From a virus (taxonomy: Duplodnaviria > Caudoviricetes), in the IMG/VR virus record IMGVR_UViG_3300033109_000112, positions 1 to 27,376 of that record: a stretch of 27,376 nt of DNA. The stretch is one strand, 5' to 3'. The notes under the pieces are model-generated. The model searched no databases. It had not been told where the DNA came from and saw only the letters and a list, made by a program, of their open reading frames with translations. The position numbers were made by a program, and so were the translations under genes. Shown here one piece after another: positions 17,037-25,162 of this stretch. Position 1 is the stretch's first letter, and each line of letters starts with the position of its first letter.

Positions 17037-18521
17037 TCATACTCTAGAAGGTTGATTACTACCGACTTTGAATATAGCACCACACTCCAGTCTCACTTCG
17101 CTCTGCAGTTCCACATTAATTTGAAATACTGGTAAATCACCACGCACATCAGCACAAAGCGTATGCCATCGATGATGGCCATGCTCTGTGATGCCACTCT
17201 CCTGGGTGTACACAACAGATGTGCCACCATAACCACCACCATCAACACAATTAGCAATAGCTCCAGCTGATGACAATCCAAAATTGATGGAACCATTAGA
17301 GCTACCAAGAAACCAGCTCCACCAGTTTTCAGCAGCATTACCTGCGTAAGCGGCTGCTTGATTGTTATACACACCGCCTCGATGCGTATCGCCATGCCAC
17401 ACAAGCAAGAATGCTAATGTGCCATTTGTTTTTGGATTATCCATCAAGCTTTTTTGCGTTGCCCCAGTGCGCGTGTACAAACGTCGATATTCTTCAATAC
17501 AATGATTGAATAATGGATGTTGTTGTCCTGCTTGAAATTCTGGCGTTGCAGCAGTCGCGGCTTCAAAATATCTATCGCCGACATTCATCACTAATATTTT
17601 GCAAGCTTCATCTGTATTCAACGCGTCAAGGCAATCATCAATCTGGTTGTTGCCAAGCTGCGTGGTAATAGCAGTTGTGCCATCGATATAACCACCGGAG
17701 CCATTTGTGACATTGTCGGTAGCAACAATACGGGTATTCCCAACGGTAATACCCCAGTGCAAAGCAGTTATGTCACGATTGCGGATATCCGTCTCAGGAC
17801 GCAACGGACTAAACAGCGCATTAAAAACGCCTATTGCAGTATCGTACAGCGCGCCCGGTCCAGCGTTATCCCAACCACGATCATTCTCCACTTCCCAGTC
17901 GCCGATTTGCAGCATCCATGGCATGTTTCGTGTCACATACACACGATCCGCATCACGCCCCCAGCGAATATTACGATCGGAAGTATCTGCGAGCATTCCA
18001 AGATTGTTCGCGTAAGACAAAACATAATCAGCAGCCAATCCACTGACAGCAGCCGAATTTGTATGTGCCAACCCAAGTATTACGTCATTAACTGTTTGTT
18101 TAGACGGATATCCCCAATCATCAGCGAATATCATGTAATGTAATCCACCAGCCTTGCGTGATTTCGCAATGCGGCCATAGCCGCCTTTCTGAGCACCGCC
18201 GAAAACAGCTGAAGGATTGTCACACCCATTAAACCAGAGCTTGCAACGTGTGAATGCATCGCAATTTGTTGTTACACTGCAATCGCTTTCAGTAATACTG
18301 CCTTGTTGCAATGTAACGGGATAAATTGTGGCAGGTGCCAGGTTATAAAACGTAACATGGCCATAATACAAAACACCGATTTGAGCCAATATTGGTGTTT
18401 TAGTTTCACCATTACACATTACAGATATAGGTGAATTGATAAAGCTGCAAACAAGAACGACCGCGCTATTCATGCGCGGTGCGCCACACATAAAACCTAT
18501 CTGCCGTCTTTCTGCAAGCAT
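17037..18521 (-). CDS. Divergent PhoD-like metallophosphoesterase with FN3-like N-terminal domain
   Basis: VTFYNLAPATIY; ordered motifs FNGCD, FADDWGY, IGDWEVEND, QLGNNQ...L, WHGDTH matching PhoD's ASC, GDxxY, WDDHEVxN, LGxxQxxWL, GDxH; no Tat/Sec signal. Confidence 0.7.
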   Translation of the reverse strand: MLAERRQIGFMCGAPRMNSAVVLVCSFINSPISVMCNGETKTPILAQIGVLYYGHVTFYNLAPATIYPVTLQQGSITESDCSVTTNCDAFTRCKLWFNGCDNPSAVFGGAQKGGYGRIAKSRKAGGLHYMIFADDWGYPSKQTVNDVILGLAHTNSAAVSGLAADYVLSYANNLGMLADTSDRNIRWGRDADRVYVTRNMPWMLQIGDWEVENDRGWDNAGPGALYDTAIGVFNALFSPLRPETDIRNRDITALHWGITVGNTRIVATDNVTNGSGGYIDGTTAITTQLGNNQIDDCLDALNTDEACKILVMNVGDRYFEAATAATPEFQAGQQHPLFNHCIEEYRRLYTRTGATQKSLMDNPKTNGTLAFLLVWHGDTHRGGVYNNQAAAYAGNAAENWWSWFLGSSNGSINFGLSSAGAIANCVDGGGYGGTSVVYTQESGITEHGHHRWHTLCADVRGDLPVFQINVELQSEVRLECGAIFKVGSNQPSRV

Positions 18522-19414
18522 CAGAAACGATCCATCCAGTGAGGCAGTGAATAAGTCGGAGCGCGAGCAAGGCGATCAGCCAATTCATAAAAATCAGCTT
18601 GCGCGTTATCGTATCCAGACAAATCCATAATGAACAAATCACGCACACGAGTCTCTGGCGAAGTTGATGGAGTTCTGGCATCAATAGTCGTGCCGCTATT
18701 CAATGCACCAAACATCCAACCTGCACCAGTCAAAGTCAGTTCATCTGCAGCAGGCAACAATGTTGCTTTGCCAGAAACCGTTTGTGCAACTCCATTTCTC
18801 GCTGAAAGAATTTCACCGTGAGCAAAATCTAACAAGACAGCACAACGCCATGCAGAGTTTTGCGACAAACTCGCGTTCATCAAATCGGCCTGTGTAACGG
18901 TCAACCCTTTTTGAATACCAAGATTCAACGCGCCTGTGGCAGGATTAATTCCAATACTGATTCCATCCGCATTGGTGGCAGTATTACGATTTCCGAAAGA
19001 CAAAAGACCACCGTTTGTGACGGCTCCTGTCGGGTTGAATATTGTAGCAGCTAGAAATAATCTTCCTCCACCAATACCGTTCACCGTGCCCGCGCTGAGC
19101 AACTTGCGGCCAAGTGAAAATAATCCATCTTCTGTGACAGGGTTATAATCATGCCCGGCACCGGGCCAGAAATAGTCATTATCATTGGTTGGATCAGGTG
19201 TGAAATAACCTTCGTTATTATCAGCGGTAGAATCCGCATCAACACACGGAAAAACGCCAGGGCATCCTTGTATATTGCTAATGACGGGTATGCCTGTAGT
19301 CTGCAATGCAGACCCGGCAGCGATGGCAAGCGGAAAAAAGATAAACGGTGATTCAATATTATCTGCAGCCCATGCAGCACCGTGACTAAACGTATTTGGT
19401 ATTTTGTTTTTCAT
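18521..19414 (-). CDS. Putative LamG/concanavalin A-like jelly-roll protein
   Basis: GGLLSFG...GISIGIN...LNLGI...WRCAVLLD....ILSARNG...WMFGA...VRDLFIMD pattern; start 19414 (ATGA overlap, GGAG RBS). Confidence 0.55.
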   Translation of the reverse strand: MKNKIPNTFSHGAAWAADNIESPFIFFPLAIAAGSALQTTGIPVISNIQGCPGVFPCVDADSTADNNEGYFTPDPTNDNDYFWPGAGHDYNPVTEDGLFSLGRKLLSAGTVNGIGGGRLFLAATIFNPTGAVTNGGLLSFGNRNTATNADGISIGINPATGALNLGIQKGLTVTQADLMNASLSQNSAWRCAVLLDFAHGEILSARNGVAQTVSGKATLLPAADELTLTGAGWMFGALNSGTTIDARTPSTSPETRVRDLFIMDLSGYDNAQADFYELADRLARAPTYSLPHWMDRF

Positions 19415-19923
19415 GCACATACTCCTGTCAGAACGGAGTTGCCCACCACAGTACCAGCGGATGAAATCGGGATGGTGTAAATGTCAGTGATGTCTGCATC
19501 ACTTGGTATCCAAATAAACCCAGCGTCAGGAGGAATGACAAGACTTCCGCTGTTAGTATCTGCATCAACTGTAGCCCCTGTTGCATAAAGGCCAGTTGCC
19601 ATTGCCGCGACTAGACGGTCTTTCGCTGTGACAGGATTTCCTGCATTCCATGTAAGCCACCAACCAAGGTGAGTATTACCTGTTACCCGATCTCTTGACG
19701 CTGCAACAGCAAGACGTTTCTTGCCGCTCGGCATTGACCATGCAATTATGTCAACAGCACTTACAGTTACGGCAGCACCTGGAACAAGTCCTGTGTTTCC
19801 ATTCATGCAGCGTGCTATACGAAATTCGCCATCAGTTGGAGATTGATCATCAGTTACACATAACGCTCCGTCATCGGTATAACGTTTTATAATTCCTGTT
19901 ATGGGATCGACTTCAATTTGCAT
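19411..19923 (-). CDS. Hypothetical protein (Gly/Ala/Thr-rich, probably beta-rich)
   Basis: 170-aa ORF with GAGG RBS, coupled to the next gene; no recognised family. Confidence 0.7.
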   Translation of the reverse strand: MQIEVDPITGIIKRYTDDGALCVTDDQSPTDGEFRIARCMNGNTGLVPGAAVTVSAVDIIAWSMPSGKKRLAVAASRDRVTGNTHLGWWLTWNAGNPVTAKDRLVAAMATGLYATGATVDADTNSGSLVIPPDAGFIWIPSDADITDIYTIPISSAGTVVGNSVLTGVCA

Positions 19924-19935
19924 ACTCGCCTCGCC

Positions 19936-20388
19936 TTACACGATACCGTTAAGTTTTTTCGGTTTGCCGTTAATAAATTGAATGGTGAAAACCTCTTTAC
20001 GTGCTGGCGTTATGTCAGCATGAAAAGCAATATGTACCCATGTGCCTTCGTAAATTAATTGTTTGAACTGAACAATTTCGGCATGCTGTGCAATAGCTTC
20101 TGCCACTTGTTTAGGCGTGCCAAATTGCGGGCAGGTGAAATCATCTGCCAGAAATTTCATATGATCAGAGTCATCCGATCCGCCAACGGCTGCATTTAAT
20201 TCGGGGCAGCGATATCCGCTTGAGCTGTGCATTGGAAAACACAGAATTCCGCGCACACGCTCCAGACCGCGAGCCAGGGTAAAAGCATTGTGTAACAGGT
20301 CCGCGGGCGGGACATTTTTAATGCCTTTACGCAACGCAATATCACTGGCGGTTAATTCGGCCATGGTGAAATGCATCGACAAATTCAT
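19936..20388 (-). CDS. Endolysin, peptidase M15 family
   Basis: LSMHFTMAEL..S, SSGYRCPELNAAVGG..SDH....ADDF, WVHI zinc motifs. Confidence 0.92.
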   Translation of the reverse strand: MNLSMHFTMAELTASDIALRKGIKNVPPADLLHNAFTLARGLERVRGILCFPMHSSSGYRCPELNAAVGGSDDSDHMKFLADDFTCPQFGTPKQVAEAIAQHAEIVQFKQLIYEGTWVHIAFHADITPARKEVFTIQFINGKPKKLNGIV

Positions 20389-20684
20389 CCGTCACTCTCC
20401 TGTTCCGAAAACGTCAGCGCAGAGCGGTTGGCGATGTTGCTCAAACGATCCACGGTTAACTTCAGTTGGCGCAGTTCGTTGCGCAGTTGTACGTTTTCCG
20501 TTTGCAGGCGCGTTATTTCTTCGCGCAAACTGGTCACCAGTGATTGCATGGTTTCAATCGCGGTGATGTTGCCGCCATCGTTTTTCCAGCTCACCTGCAG
20601 TTTGCGCAACGCCACGACGCCGCCCACCAATGCCACTACCACACCCGCGCCGAATTCTTTTAAGCCCTCAATCTCCAGCGCCAT
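20385..20684 (-). CDS. Single-TM plus coiled-coil protein (holin/antiholin-like)
   Basis: Start MALEIEG at 20684; TM FGAGVVVALVGGVVAL; heptads LREEITRLQTENVQLRNELRQLKL; ATGA-coupled to endolysin. Confidence 0.6.
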   Translation of the reverse strand: MALEIEGLKEFGAGVVVALVGGVVALRKLQVSWKNDGGNITAIETMQSLVTSLREEITRLQTENVQLRNELRQLKLTVDRLSNIANRSALTFSEQESDG

Positions 20685-22215
20685 TAGTACCGCCGTTATT
20701 GTTGTTATTGACTGATTCGCGCAAATAATCTTGCGCCGTGCCGGCCTGGCTGGTGCGGCGCGCATCGGAATCGAACATTAAATTATTTTCATCTGCGTAT
20801 TGCCGCCACTTCTTGATTTGCTCCAGCACGTTCGAGGGCGTGCCGCCGCGCTTGCGAATCACTTCCACTTCGCTGGCAAAACCAGCTCGCACCAGGTGGG
20901 TGAACGCCACAGCTTCTTTCAGCGGATCAATCCACGGCATGCTGGTGCCAATGTACAGGGCATCATCTGCTGTGTCGGGCAGCACAGCGCGCGGGCGCGG
21001 TACCACGCCGGATAAGTGCGCGGTGAGCACAAACGCTTCCCATACCGGGCGCACAAACTGGCCGGTGAATTCATCGGTGAGGGTGGCGTAGTTGCTCCAC
21101 TGCTCAACCAGCTCTTGCCGCTGCGAGGAATACGTGCCGCTGTAATCACGCGATACGGAGGAATAGCTGGCACCGATACCGGTGGCGAATGCGCGCAACT
21201 GGCCTTGCCGCCAGGTCACCACATTCGGGTTGGGGCGCTTCGAATCAATCAGGCCAATCTCTTCGCCGGGCAGCAACGAATCTATGAACATGCCGGGCTG
21301 GAAACGCATTTCGCGCGGCAGTAAATTGCCTTCGGTGTCGCGTGTCGCCTGGGCGGGGTCGTACAAATCCGGTGTGCCACGCTTGACGTAGGCGGTGAGC
21401 ATGGCGGCAATTTTAGCGGCGACGCGCTCGGACTCTTCATAGTCTTTCAAATCTTCGAGCCTGGTAATCACGCTGGCAAATTCGCTCACGCCGCGCAGCT
21501 GGCCAATGCGGTCAATGCAGGTGAGACGCAGCATGCGATCAGCGGGTACGCGCTTGAGGTTGGGCTTGGTGGTAACAGCTTCGCCGGGGTTGTCTTTATA
21601 CACGTGATACGCCACGGGCCGACCCCAGGCGTTGCACTCAATGCCCTGTTTGATGCGCCGGGCATCATCAAAATAATCCAGCGGCACCATGTCGGGCTCG
21701 AGTAGTTCAAGGCTGTAGGGTACGCGTGTGCCGTGATCCAGCAGCGCCACCGGGCCGATAAGTTGTTGCGCCAGCGATTCGCCGTCACGCAGCCAGGTGC
21801 GCGCCATGAGGCGTTGCACGCGGGCAAAATGATGTTGCTGAGTCACCTCGGGTTTGCGGCACCAGTCGCGCCAGGCTTCGAGCAGGGCCTTGGCATAATC
21901 GGCGTGGATGTCGCCATTGGCTATGCGCGGTTGCGGCTCAATGCCAATGCCGGCAGGGCCTACCACGTTATTCACCAGCACACGCAGGGCGCCGCGGGCG
22001 ATGTCGTGGTTTTGCTCCAAATGGCGAATCTGGGTGCGCAGCGGCACAGCGCCCTGCTGCACTTGTGTATTGGGTGAGCTGGTATCGCGGCGGAATTTGC
22101 GCAGGCGCGAGGGTTCGGCGGCTTCGTAATAAGCCAGCGCGCCACGGGCCGCGCGGCGCTTTAACGCCAGCTGGGGCGAGAATTGTTCAACGAGCCAGTC
22201 AATGGGATGGCGCAT
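20668..22215 (-). CDS. Portal protein, lambda family
   Basis: NNVVG..GI..PQP, RDGE, GRPVAYH, QLRGVS.FA.V, SRDYSGTYSSQRQELVE, WIDPLKE motifs. Confidence 0.96.
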   Translation of the reverse strand: MRHPIDWLVEQFSPQLALKRRAARGALAYYEAAEPSRLRKFRRDTSSPNTQVQQGAVPLRTQIRHLEQNHDIARGALRVLVNNVVGPAGIGIEPQPRIANGDIHADYAKALLEAWRDWCRKPEVTQQHHFARVQRLMARTWLRDGESLAQQLIGPVALLDHGTRVPYSLELLEPDMVPLDYFDDARRIKQGIECNAWGRPVAYHVYKDNPGEAVTTKPNLKRVPADRMLRLTCIDRIGQLRGVSEFASVITRLEDLKDYEESERVAAKIAAMLTAYVKRGTPDLYDPAQATRDTEGNLLPREMRFQPGMFIDSLLPGEEIGLIDSKRPNPNVVTWRQGQLRAFATGIGASYSSVSRDYSGTYSSQRQELVEQWSNYATLTDEFTGQFVRPVWEAFVLTAHLSGVVPRPRAVLPDTADDALYIGTSMPWIDPLKEAVAFTHLVRAGFASEVEVIRKRGGTPSNVLEQIKKWRQYADENNLMFDSDARRTSQAGTAQDYLRESVNNNNNGGTNGAGD

Positions 22216-22430
22216 TAGTCGAGCCTCGCCACGCTGTAGCCCAGCCCGCTGCGACCCGCAGCGGCAGCTTGCTCATCGGCCACGCGGCGTTCCAGTTTGG
22301 CGCGCTCGGTTTGCACGTAAGATAAATCGGCAAAGCTCACCTGCCGGTCACCCAGGCGCACGCTCTGCCCTTGCAGGATGGCCTGCTCGGCGGCAATGTA
22401 AAGGGGTAATAAATCGGAGGCTGTACTCAT
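22215..22430 (-). CDS. Head completion / gpW-like adaptor
   Basis: YIAAEQAILQGQSVRLGDRQVSFADL motif; TAATG-coupled to portal. Confidence 0.85.
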   Translation of the reverse strand: MSTASDLLPLYIAAEQAILQGQSVRLGDRQVSFADLSYVQTERAKLERRVADEQAAAAGRSGLGYSVARLD

Positions 22431-22436
22431 GCTCGC

Positions 22437-22479
22437 ACGCTACGCGAGCGGGCGTGACATTTTTAGGGGAAAATGGCAA
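22437..22479 (-). promoter_or_regulatory. Late promoter with Mor/C-type activator box (copy 2), upstream of the gpW-portal-lysis operon
   Basis: 26-bp box at 22454-22479; -10-like TAGCGT 11 bp downstream, then 6 nt to the gpW ATG. Confidence 0.75.
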
Positions 22480-22487
22480 AAACACGG

Positions 22488-22517
22488 GGAGAAACACCGC
22501 GCCGGATGGCGCGGTGT
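22488..22517 (-). terminator. Putative terminator ending the terminase-Mor-DUF6527 transcript
   Basis: Perfect 10-bp stem ACACCGCGCC-ggat-GGCGCGGTGT (22494-22517); only a weak pyrimidine tail on the minus strand. Confidence 0.5.
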
Positions 22518-22614
22518 GGAAGGCTTAGAGAATCAGACAATCATCCAGCATGGGGGCGCCCACCACTTCACCTAGATGCTGATCAATCAGCGTCCAACCA
22601 CAGCCATACGTTAA

Positions 22615-23007
22615 CTAAAATGGAAGGTTTTTATCTTCATCGGGCCATATGGGGATTGGCACGGTTTGCCCTGCAAGCGCATGTGTGCAATCGCCGAGAA
22701 ACTGGATCTGGCCGTCGCACACGAATGAGTGACAAATCAAGTCGACGCTTTCAAATTCGGGCGGCGTGTATGCTCGACCGCTGGCAAGCCATTCCCTGAA
22801 GTCGGCGTGCCCCTTTGCGGTCATCTGCCGGCCTTTGACGAGTATCGAAGGGCTAAATGTCGGGCGCTCGGCATCGCCGTTATATGTCCAGCGCGGGCCT
22901 GGGCCTTCACCGATTCTGACCATATGCATGCGGTCACACCCTGGGCACCAGAATGCTAAACCGTTACTGACTGTATCCCGCAAAATTTTTGAAAGCGCGC
23001 TCATCAT
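22615..23007 (-). CDS. DUF6527-like protein
   Basis: FWCPGC..H, WTYNGD..RPTFSPSILV, CHSFVCDGQIQFLGDCTHALAGQTV motifs; start 23007 ATGA-coupled to Mor. Confidence 0.8.
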   Translation of the reverse strand: MMSALSKILRDTVSNGLAFWCPGCDRMHMVRIGEGPGPRWTYNGDAERPTFSPSILVKGRQMTAKGHADFREWLASGRAYTPPEFESVDLICHSFVCDGQIQFLGDCTHALAGQTVPIPIWPDEDKNLPF

Positions 23008-23321
23008 TTTCCCCCGATAATCCGATGCCCCTGCCGATTCGACAGGCCATATTTGCGGCACAATTCATCCAGGTTGCGACCGTTGAATTCTGCCCGAAAC
23101 AGGCTGTCGCGTTCGGCACGTTCGGCGCGTGAACCATTGGCGGGGATGTACATATCCAGCCCGCCAAAACGTTTGCGCAAACCGCGGGTAATGGCTTCGG
23201 CAAAGTGCGAGGCCAGCGCTTCGGAAAGCCCGGTTTCTTCACGCACAATAGCCGTGACTTCATACAGCAGCGATATGGCGGCGTCATCGTTATGTGCGCC
23301 GGGTGCGTTGGCGATGGTCAT
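23004..23321 (-). CDS. Mor/C-family transcription activator
   Basis: RFGGLDMYIP...RD..FRAEFNGRNLDELCRKYGLSNRQGHRII; start 23321 ATGA-coupled to terL. Confidence 0.9.
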   Translation of the reverse strand: MTIANAPGAHNDDAAISLLYEVTAIVREETGLSEALASHFAEAITRGLRKRFGGLDMYIPANGSRAERAERDSLFRAEFNGRNLDELCRKYGLSNRQGHRIIGGK

Positions 23322-25162
23322 AGCTTGTTGGCCCACTCGTTGTTGGTAAGGTGGTGCCCTGCAGGCGGTTTTATTATTTTTGGGGCGTCGGCCGCGGGTG
23401 ACGCGCCCGGCTTGCGGCTGGCCGGTAACAATCGGCGCGCCACCAGCGCCAGCAGCATGCAGTCCAGGGCCTCGTTGCGCGGGCGGGTTTGTACCCATTC
23501 CTGGTAGGGGCGGCCGTGGCGGGCTTTGGTAACCAGTTTTTCGGCGGCGAGCTGCGCAAAATATTCGTCATCGAAATCCGGTGTATTGGGAAAATGCATA
23601 TAGCCCGGCCCGGCCTGGGTGAGTTTGAGCCGGGCATAGAGGATGGCCTTGCCCTGATCTACCCCCACCGGTTCGAGCGGCGCGCCCTTGCGGCGGCGGG
23701 TGCGCAGGCGCTGGGCGCGCTTGCGCTCATCCTCGATGAGCGGGCGGCCCATGCCGGTGACGCCCTTGGTGGCCGTGCACCAGCGGCGCTTATCGCAAAA
23801 GGCATACACCATGCTGGTGTTGTAGCCGGAGTCAATGCAGGCATGCTGCACCCGTGCCTCCGTGAGCACCTGGTGCAGTTCGTCCCATACTGCGGGCTCG
23901 GTGGTGTCACCATCAAGCACCAGATGCGACAGGGCCCAGCCCTCTTCGCCCTCATCCCGCCAGCCGATAATGCTGACCTCGATGCGATCTTTCTGCACAT
24001 CCGCGCCCGCCGTGATGTCGCGCACCGGCAAGCTCACCGGGTACTCTTCCAGCCGGGCAATAAGTGCCAGGCCATCTACGCTTTCGCCCTGCTCTTCCCA
24101 GGTTTCACCCAGGGTGGTGTTCACAAATCGCTTAAGGCGTGATGTGTCGCCGTGAGACCGCTGCCATTCGCTCCACAATTCGTGCCACGTGAAACCTAAA
24201 CCCAGCGGGGCATACAGGCCGTTGATGTGGTAGCCGCGCACATCGCGCTCGGGGTATTTCGGGATCCACACGCCGCGTTCCAGCATGGCGGGTTTGTGGT
24301 GTTCGTCAATGCGGCTGCCGCACTCACGGCAGGCATAAAAGACTTCGCCGGTACTGCTGTGGTGGATGAGGCCATAGTTGCCATCGTCATGCCGCCAGCG
24401 CAGCACCTGGGGGGTGTAGCAATGCGGACAAGGTACGTGGAACTGACGCTGATCGGAGGCCAGGTATTCTTGCTCGATGCGGCTTTGGCCCTTGACCGTA
24501 GGCGTGGAGACCAGCAGCACCTTGCGACGCGGGAACGCTTTGGTGCGTTCGTCAATCAGGCCGAGTGGATCGCCCTCCTGGCCAACCTCCCAGGGGAAGC
24601 GGTCCAGCTCATCGCACAGCACGTTACAGATGGGCATGGAGGCCAGCGACGCCGGGGAGTTGGCGCCACCGATGACCAGCATGCCGCCTGGGAAATCTTT
24701 CAAATCCTCGCTGTTGCCGGCATCGCGTGAGCGGCGTGCATCGAGTAAATCGCGCAGCACCGGCGTTTCGGTGAGCATGGGATCCAGGCGCTGCCGTACC
24801 CAGCGCTTGCGCACCTCCAGCGTGGGCACCGCCACCAGCGTCGGTGCCGGGGCGTGTTCCATGATGTAGCCCAGCCAGTTGAGGCCGATTTCGGTTTTAC
24901 CCACCTGCGCACAACTCATCACCACTACCCGTTGCGCGACACTGGTGATGGAGAGGGCATCCATGATGTCGCGCAGGAACGGCGTGCGTGAGGTGTCCCA
25001 CCGGCCCGGCTCGGCGCTGCCCTTGCTCGACAGCACGCGGTAAGTATCGGCCCACTGACTCACCCGCACCACGGGCCGGGGGCGCAATGCGTCGGCCAGC
25101 ACCCGGTATAACTCCGGGCGGGCCGATGGCAGGGTGATGCTGGATTGGCGGGCTAGCATCAA
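23318..25162 (-). CDS. terL: Terminase large subunit, lambda GpA family
   Basis: AQVGKTE Walker A, VLCDELDRFP Walker B, STPT, CPHC/CREC zinc pair, GADVQKDR and RNEALDC nuclease motifs. Confidence 0.97.
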   Translation of the reverse strand: MMLARQSSITLPSARPELYRVLADALRPRPVVRVSQWADTYRVLSSKGSAEPGRWDTSRTPFLRDIMDALSITSVAQRVVVMSCAQVGKTEIGLNWLGYIMEHAPAPTLVAVPTLEVRKRWVRQRLDPMLTETPVLRDLLDARRSRDAGNSEDLKDFPGGMLVIGGANSPASLASMPICNVLCDELDRFPWEVGQEGDPLGLIDERTKAFPRRKVLLVSTPTVKGQSRIEQEYLASDQRQFHVPCPHCYTPQVLRWRHDDGNYGLIHHSSTGEVFYACRECGSRIDEHHKPAMLERGVWIPKYPERDVRGYHINGLYAPLGLGFTWHELWSEWQRSHGDTSRLKRFVNTTLGETWEEQGESVDGLALIARLEEYPVSLPVRDITAGADVQKDRIEVSIIGWRDEGEEGWALSHLVLDGDTTEPAVWDELHQVLTEARVQHACIDSGYNTSMVYAFCDKRRWCTATKGVTGMGRPLIEDERKRAQRLRTRRRKGAPLEPVGVDQGKAILYARLKLTQAGPGYMHFPNTPDFDDEYFAQLAAEKLVTKARHGRPYQEWVQTRPRNEALDCMLLALVARRLLPASRKPGASPAADAPKIIKPPAGHHLTNNEWANKL

